Below are positions 1 through 9,310 of a stretch of 64,000 nucleotides of DNA, piece by piece. The notes under the pieces were generated by a model, which saw only the letters and a program-made list of their open reading frames with translations, searched no databases and had not been told where the DNA came from. Position 1 is the stretch's first letter. Every line of letters starts with the position of its first letter. This DNA is from an uncultured delta proteobacterium (lineage in GTDB: Bacteria; Desulfobacterota; Binatia; UBA9968): positions 288,001 to 352,000 of the forward strand of contig CAVUVW010000014.1 of assembly GCA_963745035.1 (NCBI GenBank), written 5' to 3'. A program made the translations under genes and the position numbers.

Positions 1-24
1 CAACGGCACTAAGGAGGTCAAGTG

Positions 25-1029
25 ATGAAGAAACGACTCTCAGCCGTAAGGGAAAATGTCGTATTGGGCATATTGTTCCTGTGCGTCCTATTCGGAGCTT
101 CGTCCGCATGGGCCGCCGCGGCGCGCACCAAAATCATCGTGGTGGTGCCACATCGCATCCTGTTTACTGTCGCGCTGCCGGTTTACATCGCCCAAGAAAA
201 AGGCTTCTACAAAGAAAATAATATCGACGTCGATGCCGTCTTCACGCGCGGCGGCGGTGAGAACGTCCAGGCCGTGGTTTCCGGGGACGCCCAGATCGGT
301 CTTGGCACGGGTACGCTGGCCGTCATTACCGCCTTCGTCAAAAAGGCACCGATCAAGATCGCCGCCGCCGAGATCACCGGCATGGACGCCTTCTGGTATG
401 TGCAGAGCAATACTTCGATGCGCAAATTGGAAGATCTCTCCGGGAAAAAGGTCGCCTACAGCCGGCCGGGCGCTTCCAGCCACATGGCGGTGCTCGCCAT
501 CGCGGATCAGGTCAAAGCCAAAGGTTTGAAGCCCGCAGAGCCGGTTTCTCTGGGCGGCATACCCGAGGTCTACACCGCGGTGCGCACCGGCCAGGCCGAT
601 GCCGGCTGGTCTGTGGCGCCGTTTCAACTCGATCGAGTGGAGAAGGGCGAGCTGCGCGTCGTGGTCAAGGGCGAGGAGATCGCGGCGATGAAGGAGATCA
701 CCCCGCGAGTGCATTTTCTCAACAACGACTTCGCGGCGAAAAATCCCGACGCCGTGCGCGGCTTTTTCCGAGCCCAACAAAAGGCCCTCGACTACATGTT
801 CGAGAACAAGGCGGACGCCGCGAAAATCTGGATCAAAAGAGCTGATTTGAAATTTCCCGAGTCCGCGGTGTTGAAGACCTGGGATTATTACAATCGAGCG
901 GCGATGGCGCTGAAACCGATTCGCGGCCTGCAGGCCACCATCGAAGACGGCATCCGCAATAAATTTCTGACGCAGCCGCTGTCGCAAGCGGAGATCAACG
1001 CGCTCATCGACTTGACCTTTTTGCCGTAG
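25..1029 (+). CDS. ABC transporter substrate-binding protein, NMT1/SsuA/TauA-like
   Basis: AAGGAGG RBS at 11-17, signal peptide, IAQEKGFY/GGGENVQAVVSGDAQ motifs; permease genes follow. Confidence 0.9.
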   Translation: MKKRLSAVRENVVLGILFLCVLFGASSAWAAAARTKIIVVVPHRILFTVALPVYIAQEKGFYKENNIDVDAVFTRGGGENVQAVVSGDAQIGLGTGTLAVITAFVKKAPIKIAAAEITGMDAFWYVQSNTSMRKLEDLSGKKVAYSRPGASSHMAVLAIADQVKAKGLKPAEPVSLGGIPEVYTAVRTGQADAGWSVAPFQLDRVEKGELRVVVKGEEIAAMKEITPRVHFLNNDFAAKNPDAVRGFFRAQQKALDYMFENKADAAKIWIKRADLKFPESAVLKTWDYYNRAAMALKPIRGLQATIEDGIRNKFLTQPLSQAEINALIDLTFLP

Positions 1030-1041
1030 GAAAATGAACGC

Positions 1042-1074
1042 CCACGAAGTGATTCATGAGCTTACGCTCGCCGA
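1042..1074 (+). repeat. 33-bp dispersed repeat (copy 1)
   Basis: CCACGAAGTGATTCATGAGCTTACGCTCGCCGA is the exact reverse complement of 3920-3952. Confidence 0.9.
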
Positions 1075-1120
1075 AAGAGAATGAATGCGAGGAGTTTCTC
1101 CCAGACTCTTCCACGCGACC

Positions 1121-1224
1121 CGTCATTCCCGCGCACGCGGGAATCCAGGTTTTTCCGCCCCAATTAGCCTGCATACCCGCCTCCGCTTTCGCGAGGGCAT
1201 GCTTTCGAATCGCGGGTATGACGG
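1121..1224. repeat. REP-like palindromic doublet with ATTCCC-N8-GGGAAT core
   Basis: GTCATTCCCGCGCACGCGGGAATCCAG followed by degenerate complementary arm CTGCATACCCGCC...CGCGGGTATGACGG. Confidence 0.7.
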
Positions 1225-1381
1225 ACGGCGGGCGGTTGCGTAACTTGCTCGGAGTTTTCATGCTATGGCTCAGCAATCCGCAATTTTCGAGGAGTCGTGA
1301 AGCCCACGAAGATAAGAGAATCATGTCACTCGGCACGCATCGCGTTCTTTCGTGACTCCGAGGTGAAGTCGGATTTTGCCG

Positions 1382-2128
1382 ATGTCTGAAAACACACGGC
1401 TCACGGCCTGGCGTTTAGGGATCATCTTCGCGGTCGTCATCGTCGCCGAGTCCGCTGTCAGATTGGGTTGGATCAGCGGCTTTTTTCTCGCCGCGCCGAC
1501 GCGGGCGGCGGTGGTGCTCTGGGAGCAGATCGTCCACGGCAACGCGCTTTGGTTGACGGCGATCACGCTTTTCGAGATCGCCGCGTGTCTGCTGATTTCC
1601 ACCGTGGTCGGGGTACTCGCCGGATTCTTCCTTTGGCGCTACAAGCTCATCGGCACCAGCTACGAGATGTTTCTCGCGGCGCTGTTCTCGTCTCCGGTGA
1701 TTCTCGCCTATCCGATTTTTCTCGTCACCTTCGGCAGGAGCAGCGCGGCCGTCATCGCGCTGTCTTCGATCTTCGGCTTGATTCCGATCATCATCAACAC
1801 CAAAGGAGCCTTCCAGAACGTCAATCCGATCCTGCTGCAAGTCGGCGCCAGCATGAATCTCACCGGCAAGCAGATGTTTCGGCATATTCTCGTGCCGGCG
1901 GTCGCGCCGGCGATCTTCAGCGGCTTTCGCCTAGCGCTGACTTACATTCTCAAATCGGTTCTCGGGTTAGAATACGTCGCGCAGGTCGGCGGCGTCGGCA
2001 TGTGGCTTTCCGACGCCGCGTTCAAGTTCGAAGTCGAGGAAGTTTACGCCGGTTTGTTGGGGACGATCACCTTGTCGATCCTGTTTCTCTACTTGATCAA
2101 CCGCAGCGAAGTTTTGGTGCGCAGATAA
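1382..2128 (+). CDS. ABC transporter permease (SsuC/TauC-like)
   Basis: Multiple TM segments, EAA-like loop (LLQVGASMNLTGKQMFRHILVPA). Confidence 0.9.
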   Translation: MSENTRLTAWRLGIIFAVVIVAESAVRLGWISGFFLAAPTRAAVVLWEQIVHGNALWLTAITLFEIAACLLISTVVGVLAGFFLWRYKLIGTSYEMFLAALFSSPVILAYPIFLVTFGRSSAAVIALSSIFGLIPIIINTKGAFQNVNPILLQVGASMNLTGKQMFRHILVPAVAPAIFSGFRLALTYILKSVLGLEYVAQVGGVGMWLSDAAFKFEVEEVYAGLLGTITLSILFLYLINRSEVLVRR

Positions 2129-2130
2129 CC

Positions 2131-2946
2131 ATGGCCGGCTCCCCACAGAATGCGCTGTTCCTCGGCGGATCGATCCGGACGCCGCTCGGCGTGCAAACGC
2201 TTACGCTACTCCTGGTGATCGCCGTCTGGGAAATCATCGGCCGCACCGGCATTCTCTTCGCCGAGCTGTTTCCACCACTCGTCGAAATCCTCCAATCGCT
2301 TTGGCGCTACCTGACGACGCCGATAATTCTGCCGCACTTGCGGGCCAGTCTCTACGAAGTCGGCGGCGCGCTCGCGCTCGCAGCGCTTTCCGGCATTCCC
2401 TTGGGGATTCTCTGGGGCAGCCGGAAAAGCTGGCTGGAAATCGTCGAGCCGCTGATTCTTTATGCAGCGGTGGTCCCCAAGATCGTGATCTTTCCGGTGT
2501 TCATTCTCTTCTTGGGCATCGACGTTCACTCCAAGCTCGCCGTCGGCGCCATCGCCGCATTCTTTCCCATCTCGCTGTTGACGATCGCCGGCATGCGCGA
2601 GGTCAAGAAAGTCTATATCGACGTGGCGCGCACCGCCGGCGCCAACGCCTATCAAATCGCCACGCGCGTTTATCTGCCGGCCATCGCCGGGCAGGTTTTC
2701 ACGGGCATTCGCATCGGCATGGGCGCGGCAGTGACCGGCGCGCTCTTGGCCGAAACCAAGATCGCCAAAGCCGGGCTTGGCTTCATGATCGTTGAATACT
2801 ACGGCCAGTTCCGCATCGCCGACATGTACTCTTTATTGCTTTTTATTTTTATCCTGGCCGCCCTGGCCAATTGGGCGATGAAGGCTTTGTTTGCCCGGCT
2901 ATCGCCGAGCGCGCGCGCCGCTCAGGATGCCGCAATGTACTTCTAA
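2131..2946 (+). CDS. ABC transporter permease (SsuC/TauC-like)
   Basis: TM segments, YIDVARTAGANAYQIATRVYLPA loop; ATG 2 nt after the upstream stop. Confidence 0.9.
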   Translation: MAGSPQNALFLGGSIRTPLGVQTLTLLLVIAVWEIIGRTGILFAELFPPLVEILQSLWRYLTTPIILPHLRASLYEVGGALALAALSGIPLGILWGSRKSWLEIVEPLILYAAVVPKIVIFPVFILFLGIDVHSKLAVGAIAAFFPISLLTIAGMREVKKVYIDVARTAGANAYQIATRVYLPAIAGQVFTGIRIGMGAAVTGALLAETKIAKAGLGFMIVEYYGQFRIADMYSLLLFIFILAALANWAMKALFARLSPSARAAQDAAMYF

Positions 2947-2960
2947 CGATCGAGCGCACT

Positions 2961-3734
2961 ATGAAAGAGCTTTTCATCATGCTGCGCCAGCGCCTGGGCA
3001 CCACGCGAATCGCGCGCCGGCTTTATCGTCTGCTACCGTCGGGCAAACGCTGCAAGGAATGCCTCGTGCCGTTTCTCGGGCTCTGCTCCTTGCCGTTTCG
3101 TCTGTTACAGATCCGCCCGTCGCGGAAGAATCCCAACCTCTGCACGCTTTGATACGAGCTGGCTCCTCCGGGCGGGGAGACGCTCAACATTTCGATTTTG
3201 TTCGCCGATATCCGCGGCTTTACCGCCTTCGCCGAACAGCTCCATCCCGCGGACGTGGCGGCGCGACTCAATCGTTTCTACGAGCTTGCTTCGCGGGCGA
3301 TCTTTCGCCGCGACGGCACCCTCGACAAGCTCGTCGGCGATCAGGTCATGGCATTTTTCGGTGCGCCCATTGGCCGCGATGATCATGCCGGGCGAGCGGT
3401 GGCAACCGCGCGAGAGATCATGCGCGCTCTCGCCGCGCCGGAGGCGGGAGAGCGCTTGAGCGTCGGCATCGGTATCTCCACCGGCGAAGCGTTTGTCGGC
3501 AACGTCGGCGGCGGCGAGGTGGCCGACTACACCGTGCTCGGCGACACGGTGAACGTCGCCGCGCGGCTGCAAGGCGAGGCGGCATCCGGCGAAATTCTTG
3601 TATCGCACGAAACCTATGCGCGGGTCGCGACGGAATTTCCCTATGCGAAACGCCGCGAGCTCTTGCTCAAGGGCAAAAGCGAGCCGGTGATCGCCTGGGA
3701 GATCATGCGAGACGCGCTGCGGCGCGGTAGGTAG
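2961..3734 (+). CDS. Putative selenoprotein: class III adenylate cyclase with N-terminal CxxC...CxxU domain (257 aa, U64)
   Basis: ORFs 2871..3152 and 3198..3734 share a frame and are separated only by TGA 3150-3152 (NPNLCTL-U-YELAPPGG); cyclase motifs FADIRGFT, DKLVGDQVMA, GDTVNVAARL. Confidence 0.85.
3153..3185 (+). promoter_or_regulatory. Bacterial SECIS-like hairpin (cyclase)
   Basis: GAGC/GCTC lower stem, CTCCTC/GGGGAG upper stem, loop CGGGC starting 17 nt after UGA. Confidence 0.65.
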
Positions 3735-3827
3735 CTAGCGTGATAGGGCGTTTCATGGGGATTAAGCACCTTCACCACGAAGGTGCGAAGGACAGGCGGT
3801 GGTTGAGTTTTTTAACCGGAAAGAGAA

Positions 3828-3896
3828 AGATTTCTCACTTCGTTCGAAATCACAGCGTCTACTATTGTTGTCATTCCGAACAGATGTGAGGAATCT
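3828..3896. repeat. REP-like inverted doublet
   Basis: AGATTTCTCACTTCGTTCGAAATCACA pairs imperfectly with TGTCATTCCGAACAGATGTGAGGAATCT. Confidence 0.65.
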
Positions 3897-3919
3897 ATCC
3901 GGAGGCTTTCATTATTTTG

Positions 3920-3952
3920 TCGGCGAGCGTAAGCTCATGAATCACTTCGTGG
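3920..3952 (-). repeat. 33-bp dispersed repeat (copy 2, inverted)
   Basis: Exact reverse complement of 1042-1074. Confidence 0.9.
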
Positions 3953-4029
3953 TTGGGGTAACCTTGGTTGACACCGCTGATCGCTCTCAATTAGTGTGAA
4001 ACTATCGCCCGGCGCAAAGGAGAAATCCT

Positions 4030-5128
4030 ATGGAAAATAACAAGGATCTCGTGATCGATGCCGATGCTCACGTCGTCGAGTGCGCGCGCACGTGGGAGTT
4101 TATGGATCCGTCCGAGGAGCGCTACCGGCCCATCCCGCTCGAAACCCGCGAGGAGGCGGGTGTCCGGCTTCAGTTCTGGGTGATCGACGGCAAAGTCAAA
4201 GGGTTTCGCTTCCCGGCTTTCTCTGCTGACGAGCTGGCCAAGCGCGCCCAACAAGTCGGCCGCAAGTTTGCCGACGCGCAGGAGGCGCGCGAGCTGGGCA
4301 ACGTCGATCTGCGGTTGGAGCACATGGACGAGACCGGCGTCGACGTGCAGGTGCTGCACAACACGATGTTTATCGAATCCGCCACCGATCGGGCCGCAGT
4401 CGAAGTCGCGTTGTGCAAGAGTTGGAACCGCTGGCTGGCCGATATCTGGAAGCGCGGAAAGGGACGGCTCCGCTGGTCCTGCATGGCGCCGACGCTCAGC
4501 ATGCCGGACGCCCTCGATCAGATTCGCTGGTCGCAGGAAAACGGCGCGTGCGCGGTTCTGCTTGCGCCCGATCGAAGGTCAGCGTTTGCTCGCCGATCCG
4601 TATTTTTATCCGATTTATGACGAAGCGCAGAAACTCGACATGCCGATCGCGATTCATATCGCCAACGGCAATCCGTGGCTGACCGACTTGTATAACCATC
4701 CCGTGCGCATCGCCTCGACCTTTCATCGCTTCAGAATCCCCACCGTAGGGGCATTCAATGACATCATCATGAGCGAGATCCACGACGTTTTTCCCAAGCT
4801 GCGCTTCGGCTTCATCGAAGCGAGCGCCCAATGGCTGCCCTGGGTGATGCATGAAGCGAGAAATCGTTTCAAAACGCTCGGCAGGAAGTGGCCGGAAAAC
4901 GCGATCCACGAGTTTGGCATGTATGTCACCTGTGAAAATTCCGATGACATTGCATACATCGCGCGCGAAGCCGGCGAAGATTGTCTCGTCATAGGCACCG
5001 ACTACGGCCATACCGATACTTCCAGCGACGTCGATGCGATCAAGACTTTTCGCGCAAGAAGCGATCTTTCCGGCGCGGTAAAGCAGAAAATTTTAAGCGA
5101 TAACGCCCGAGCGCTCTACGCGCTGTAA
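4030..5128 (+). CDS. Amidohydrolase family protein (Amidohydro_2), frameshift near 4560
   Basis: VIDADAHVVE, IAIH, FGFIEA, GTDYGH motifs across two overlapping frames. Confidence 0.85.
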
Positions 5129-5155
5129 CCGGCATCGTCGACGAGACATCGCCGC

Positions 5156-6169
5156 GTGCGCTTCTACATAAACATTTTGACGACCTACTTCCCGGATCTC
5201 GATCCCGGCTACGACGTTTACTATCGCCAGGTGCTCGAGCAAGTCGAGCTTGCCGAAGAGCTGGGCTGGGAATGTTTCATGTTCAACGAGCATCACTTTC
5301 TCGGCTACGGCGGGCTCGTCGCCAATCCCGCCGTGCTGCTCGCCGCCGCCGCGGCGCGGACCTCGAAGATTCGCCTGGGGCCGTGCATCGCGATTCTGCC
5401 GCTTCGCCATCCGCTGCATAGCGCGGAAGATTACGCGATGGTCGATGCTATTTCCGGCGGCAGACTCGAATTCGGTATCGGCTCGGGCAACACCGAGCTG
5501 GATTACAGAGTCTTCGGCGTCACCCGTGAGAACGATCGTCAGCGCCTCCATGAAGCTCTCGACGTAATCTTGAAAGTATGGAGCAGCGAACGGGCGGGTC
5601 ACGACGGCGAGTTCTGGAAGTTCGACGAGTTGACTCTTTACCCGCGGCCGATCCAGCAGCCGCATCCGCCGATCTGGGTGGCGGGAACTTCCGCCGAAGG
5701 CCTCGGCTGGGCCGGCCGCCACGGCTATCACATCATGACCGTCGGCCACCCGCATCCTCCTGAGAAAGTGCGCGCCGGCGTGGAGGCGTGGAAGCAAGGA
5801 CTGATTGAGGCCGGATACGATCCGCGCGAGAAGCACTGCCAGTTTCACGTCCGCACCCACGTGAACGACAGCGCGGAGCAGGCGCGCTTGATCGGGATGG
5901 CGGCGGTGAAGCGCTACGACGAGATCTCACGCATCGGCCGCAAATCACTCACCGCGCCGCCGGGTGAATATGATTGGGACAAAATGCTCGCCACCGGTAG
6001 AAACAACTACGGTAATCCGGAGCAGTGCATCGAGAATATTCACAACGCGATGAAACATTATTATTTCGACACGCTCACCACTACGTTCAACTTCGGCGGC
6101 ATCCCGCACGCGGAGATTCTTAAATCCATGCGCCTGTTCGCCAGAGAAGTCATGCCGGCGTTTCGCTAA
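5156..6169 (+). CDS. LLM-class flavin-dependent oxidoreductase (luciferase-like)
   Basis: AEELGW..FNEHHF, SGGRLEFGIGSG, PRPIQQPHPPIWVAG, MRLFAREVMPAF. Confidence 0.92.
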   Translation: MRFYINILTTYFPDLDPGYDVYYRQVLEQVELAEELGWECFMFNEHHFLGYGGLVANPAVLLAAAAARTSKIRLGPCIAILPLRHPLHSAEDYAMVDAISGGRLEFGIGSGNTELDYRVFGVTRENDRQRLHEALDVILKVWSSERAGHDGEFWKFDELTLYPRPIQQPHPPIWVAGTSAEGLGWAGRHGYHIMTVGHPHPPEKVRAGVEAWKQGLIEAGYDPREKHCQFHVRTHVNDSAEQARLIGMAAVKRYDEISRIGRKSLTAPPGEYDWDKMLATGRNNYGNPEQCIENIHNAMKHYYFDTLTTTFNFGGIPHAEILKSMRLFAREVMPAFR

Positions 6170-6229
6170 ACGCTAATTTTTGTCGGGCTGACGGGCTTGA
6201 CTGCGTTTGTCCTGTTGGCGGAAGTCAGC

Positions 6230-7261
6230 CTATTTGAGTATCTCCTTCATCTTGCTCACCAGCGCCGGCTCGAGCTTGAATAGCTCCCTTACCTGCTTCT
6301 CGATCTCGGCGCCGTCGATAGGATCGAGATCGAGCTTGGCTTTCTGCGTTTCGGCGAGAAACTCTGGATCTTTCATCGTGTCCATGAAGGCCTTGCGCAG
6401 CAGCCGCACGCGATCTTTCGGCGTGGCGGGCGGCAAAGCGTAAAATCGGTTGAGCACGCCGTTGACGCGCGCCGAAGTAAGAATCATTTTCTTGGCTTCT
6501 TCGGTCTTGGCCAGATCGACTGCCCAGGGCACGTTCGGCACCTCGGGGTGCGGTTTCAGATTGGCCTGAACCAACAGCACGACTTCGCCTCGCTCGAGCT
6601 CCGCGCGCCAGGTCGACTTAAACGATTCCCAGGAATTGCACGAGCCCTGAACTTCGCCGGCGTTGAACGCCAGGCGCACCGGGCCGGTGCCTTTGTAGCC
6701 GGAGACCAACTGCAGCGGCAGACCGAGGGTTGCCTTCAATACTTTTGGAATGTCGTCGGTGCCGCCGCCGGGCGCGACGCCGCCGATCTTGATGACCGTG
6801 CCCGAGGCGCGCCATTGTTCGACGCTGGTGATGCCCGTGGACTTGGCGACGCCGATCATGAAATTGTCCTGCGCCGGGACGCCGAGGAACTCGAACTTCG
6901 GCGCGTCGAATTCCACGCCGGGCAGGCCGAGGATCTGCTGGAACGACAGGCCGCCGATGAAGTTTCCGATGGTGAGGCCGTCCGGCTTGGCGACCTTGTA
7001 GACGTAGTTGGCCGCCAACAGGCTCGCTGCGCCGGGCATGTTTTCGACGACCGTCGTCGGATTGCCGGGGATGTGCTTGCCGATATGCCGCGCGATCACG
7101 CGCGAATAGGTATCAAAGCCGCCGCCGGGCGCCAGACCGACGATCAGTCGAATCGTCTTGCCTTTGTAAAAGAATTCCTGGCCGCCGACCGGACTTGGAT
7201 GAATGTTAAAAAAAAGCGCGATGCCGACAGCAAGGAATCCACGAACGACTCTGCGTTTCAT
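6230..7261 (-). CDS. Tripartite tricarboxylate transporter substrate-binding protein (TctC/Bug)
   Basis: FYKGKTIRLIVGLAPGGGFD, VENMPGA, KPDGLTIG, GYKG. Confidence 0.9.
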   Translation of the reverse strand: MKRRVVRGFLAVGIALFFNIHPSPVGGQEFFYKGKTIRLIVGLAPGGGFDTYSRVIARHIGKHIPGNPTTVVENMPGAASLLAANYVYKVAKPDGLTIGNFIGGLSFQQILGLPGVEFDAPKFEFLGVPAQDNFMIGVAKSTGITSVEQWRASGTVIKIGGVAPGGGTDDIPKVLKATLGLPLQLVSGYKGTGPVRLAFNAGEVQGSCNSWESFKSTWRAELERGEVVLLVQANLKPHPEVPNVPWAVDLAKTEEAKKMILTSARVNGVLNRFYALPPATPKDRVRLLRKAFMDTMKDPEFLAETQKAKLDLDPIDGAEIEKQVRELFKLEPALVSKMKEILK

Positions 7262-7350
7262 GATTGCCTCCCGCGCACATCCCGCAGGTGCGCTTGCATT
7301 GCAATGTCTGGCTGCCAGCGATCCCGTGCCGTGTCGGAATCACGTCGTCC

Positions 7351-7386
7351 CAATACTCCATCACTCCAAGACTCCAGTTCTCCAAT
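7351..7386. repeat. Degenerate 8-bp tandem repeat (CAnnACTC)
   Basis: caatactc catcactc caagactc cagttctc caat; related reverse-complement copy at 63313-63337. Confidence 0.6.
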
Positions 7387-7393
7387 CGTACGA

Positions 7394-8404
7394 CTATTTT
7401 TTCCCCTCCGCGCCGATCCCCAACTCCTGGTGCGCGCGGCGCAGATAGCTCATGTCGAGATATTTTTCCGGCGGCGGATAGGGCTTGCTCTTGAACAGGC
7501 GCTCGCCCATCAAATCGAGCAAGCGCTGGAAGCCGTCGCGGTTGACCGTGCCGTCGCGGCTGATGATGCCCTGGGTCAGGTATTCGTCCACCGTTACGCG
7601 CGTGGCTTTGAGCGGAATCCCGGTGCGCTTGCTCACCAGCTCCGCCGCTTGCTCGCGGTTGGCGTGCGCCCACTGCATCGAGCGCACCATCGCTTTGAGG
7701 TAGCGCACCGTGAGTTGGTTGTGCGCTTCGGCCCAGCGGCTGTCGACGATCAGGCTGTGAAACTGCAGGTTGGGAATGTAGTCCGACAGCTTGGCGATCT
7801 CCAGAAAACCCAGCTCGCGCGAGCGCGGCAGGTCGCCGCCGAGAATCATCGTCGCCGACGTGCTGCAGGTTTTGAGACTGGCGAGGCGTTGTCCCGTCGG
7901 TCCGTTCTGGACGATGGTGTAGTCGCGATTGAGCTCCAGGCCTTCGGCCTTGAGCATCTCGCGCAGAAAAATCGTGCTGCCCGACACCAGACTGACCGTG
8001 CCGATGGTCGTGCCCTTGAGCTCTTTGATCGATTTGTACTTGGGACAGGTGACCAGCGTGTAGGCGGCGACCGGCACCGTGCCGCCGATGATCTTGAGCG
8101 CAGCGCCGCGCTCCACGGCGTTGATCGCCGCCGACGGATCGACGATCGCGACGTTGACGTGATTGGCGATCAGCGCCTGGATCAAGGTGTCGGTGGAGCC
8201 GATCAATACCACGTCGCCCTGAATGCCTTCCTGGGCAAAGAAGCCCTTGTCCGTGGCGGCGTAGTTCGGCAACTGCTCGACGGTGCGCGAAACGTTGCCG
8301 ATCACGACCCGGTCGGCGGCGTGCGCCGGCGAAGAGAGCCAACAGAGCGCCAAAAAACAAACGCCGCGCGCGAGCCATTCAAGCTTCATGATCGCCTCCA
8401 TCAT
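7394..8404 (-). CDS. ABC transporter substrate-binding protein, NMT1/SsuA-like
   Basis: Signal peptide, ATDKGFFAQEGI, ELKGTTIG motifs. Confidence 0.88.
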   Translation of the reverse strand: MMEAIMKLEWLARGVCFLALCWLSSPAHAADRVVIGNVSRTVEQLPNYAATDKGFFAQEGIQGDVVLIGSTDTLIQALIANHVNVAIVDPSAAINAVERGAALKIIGGTVPVAAYTLVTCPKYKSIKELKGTTIGTVSLVSGSTIFLREMLKAEGLELNRDYTIVQNGPTGQRLASLKTCSTSATMILGGDLPRSRELGFLEIAKLSDYIPNLQFHSLIVDSRWAEAHNQLTVRYLKAMVRSMQWAHANREQAAELVSKRTGIPLKATRVTVDEYLTQGIISRDGTVNRDGFQRLLDLMGERLFKSKPYPPPEKYLDMSYLRRAHQELGIGAEGKK

Positions 8405-9273
8405 CAGGGTTTTTCATAATACTTCGCGTAGTAATGATCGGCGATCTCGGCGCCGGTGGTTTTCCAGACGCCATCGTGAGCGCAGATGTATGCGAGCGCC
8501 TTGTCGAGATACTTGACGCGGAACGCCAGGCCGATGACGAACGGATGCAGCGGGATCGTCATCACCCGCCCTTGGGTCGCGCCCTCGGCGTACAACTGGT
8601 CGAATTGATCGCAAACCATTTGCAGCCAGTCCTTCGGCGTGTGGCCGCCCTGGAAAATCACCCGGATGTCGTTGAGACCCTGCTGGTAGGGAATCGCGAT
8701 CATCCGGCCCGATTTCACCCGCATGGCGTGGGGCTGATCGTCGAAGCCCCAATCGCACACATAGTCGAAGCCTTCGGCGGCGAGGTGGTCCAGCGTGTGC
8801 GGGCTTTCGTCGCCGCCGCCCGGACCGAGCCAGCCGCGCGGCGCCTTGCCGCTGGCGCCGGCGATGGTGTCGCGGATCTGCCGAATCACCGCGCGCTCTT
8901 CCTCGGCCGGATACTGGGTCATGCGGATATTGTTGGTCACGCCGTGGCCGAGCCACTCCCAATTTCTTTTGTTCCCTTCTTCGATGATCGCCGGATGATG
9001 GGCGCATACATCGGCGTTGAGCAGCACGGTGGCGCGGATCGCGTGCTTGTCGAGAACTTCCATCATGCGAAACACGCCGATGCGCGAGCCATAGTCGCGC
9101 AGCGCGTAGCCGGTCACGTCGGGCAGGTGCGCGCTCGGCGCGCCGGGAATGACCTTGTCGATATGAAAGAATTCGATGTTCGGCGCGACCATCAAGGCGA
9201 CGCGCGCGTTGTTCGGCCATCTGAAAGGTTTCCGGCGAACGATCGGTGAGTAGTCGTAGCGGTCGGTGTGCAT
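8404..9273 (-). CDS. Polysaccharide deacetylase family protein (PuuE/allantoinase-like)
   Basis: RYDYSPI..WPNNARVA, DYGSRIGVFR, GWLGPG, DDQP, MTIPLHPF. Confidence 0.88.
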   Translation of the reverse strand: MHTDRYDYSPIVRRKPFRWPNNARVALMVAPNIEFFHIDKVIPGAPSAHLPDVTGYALRDYGSRIGVFRMMEVLDKHAIRATVLLNADVCAHHPAIIEEGNKRNWEWLGHGVTNNIRMTQYPAEEERAVIRQIRDTIAGASGKAPRGWLGPGGGDESPHTLDHLAAEGFDYVCDWGFDDQPHAMRVKSGRMIAIPYQQGLNDIRVIFQGGHTPKDWLQMVCDQFDQLYAEGATQGRVMTIPLHPFVIGLAFRVKYLDKALAYICAHDGVWKTTGAEIADHYYAKYYEKP

Positions 9274-9310
9274 GCTCTCGCTCCTTTTGGCTGGCCGGTC
9301 GGCGCGCCAG

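Noticed and set aside
1468-2130. Long N-terminal extension of the second permease
   Set aside because: Out-of-frame overlap with the first permease; ATG 2131 is the natural start
6548-8419. 623-aa plus-strand ORF and similar long antisense ORFs (22947..24191, 9266..10363)
   Set aside because: Shadows of recognisable minus-strand genes in GC-rich DNA; no family motifs
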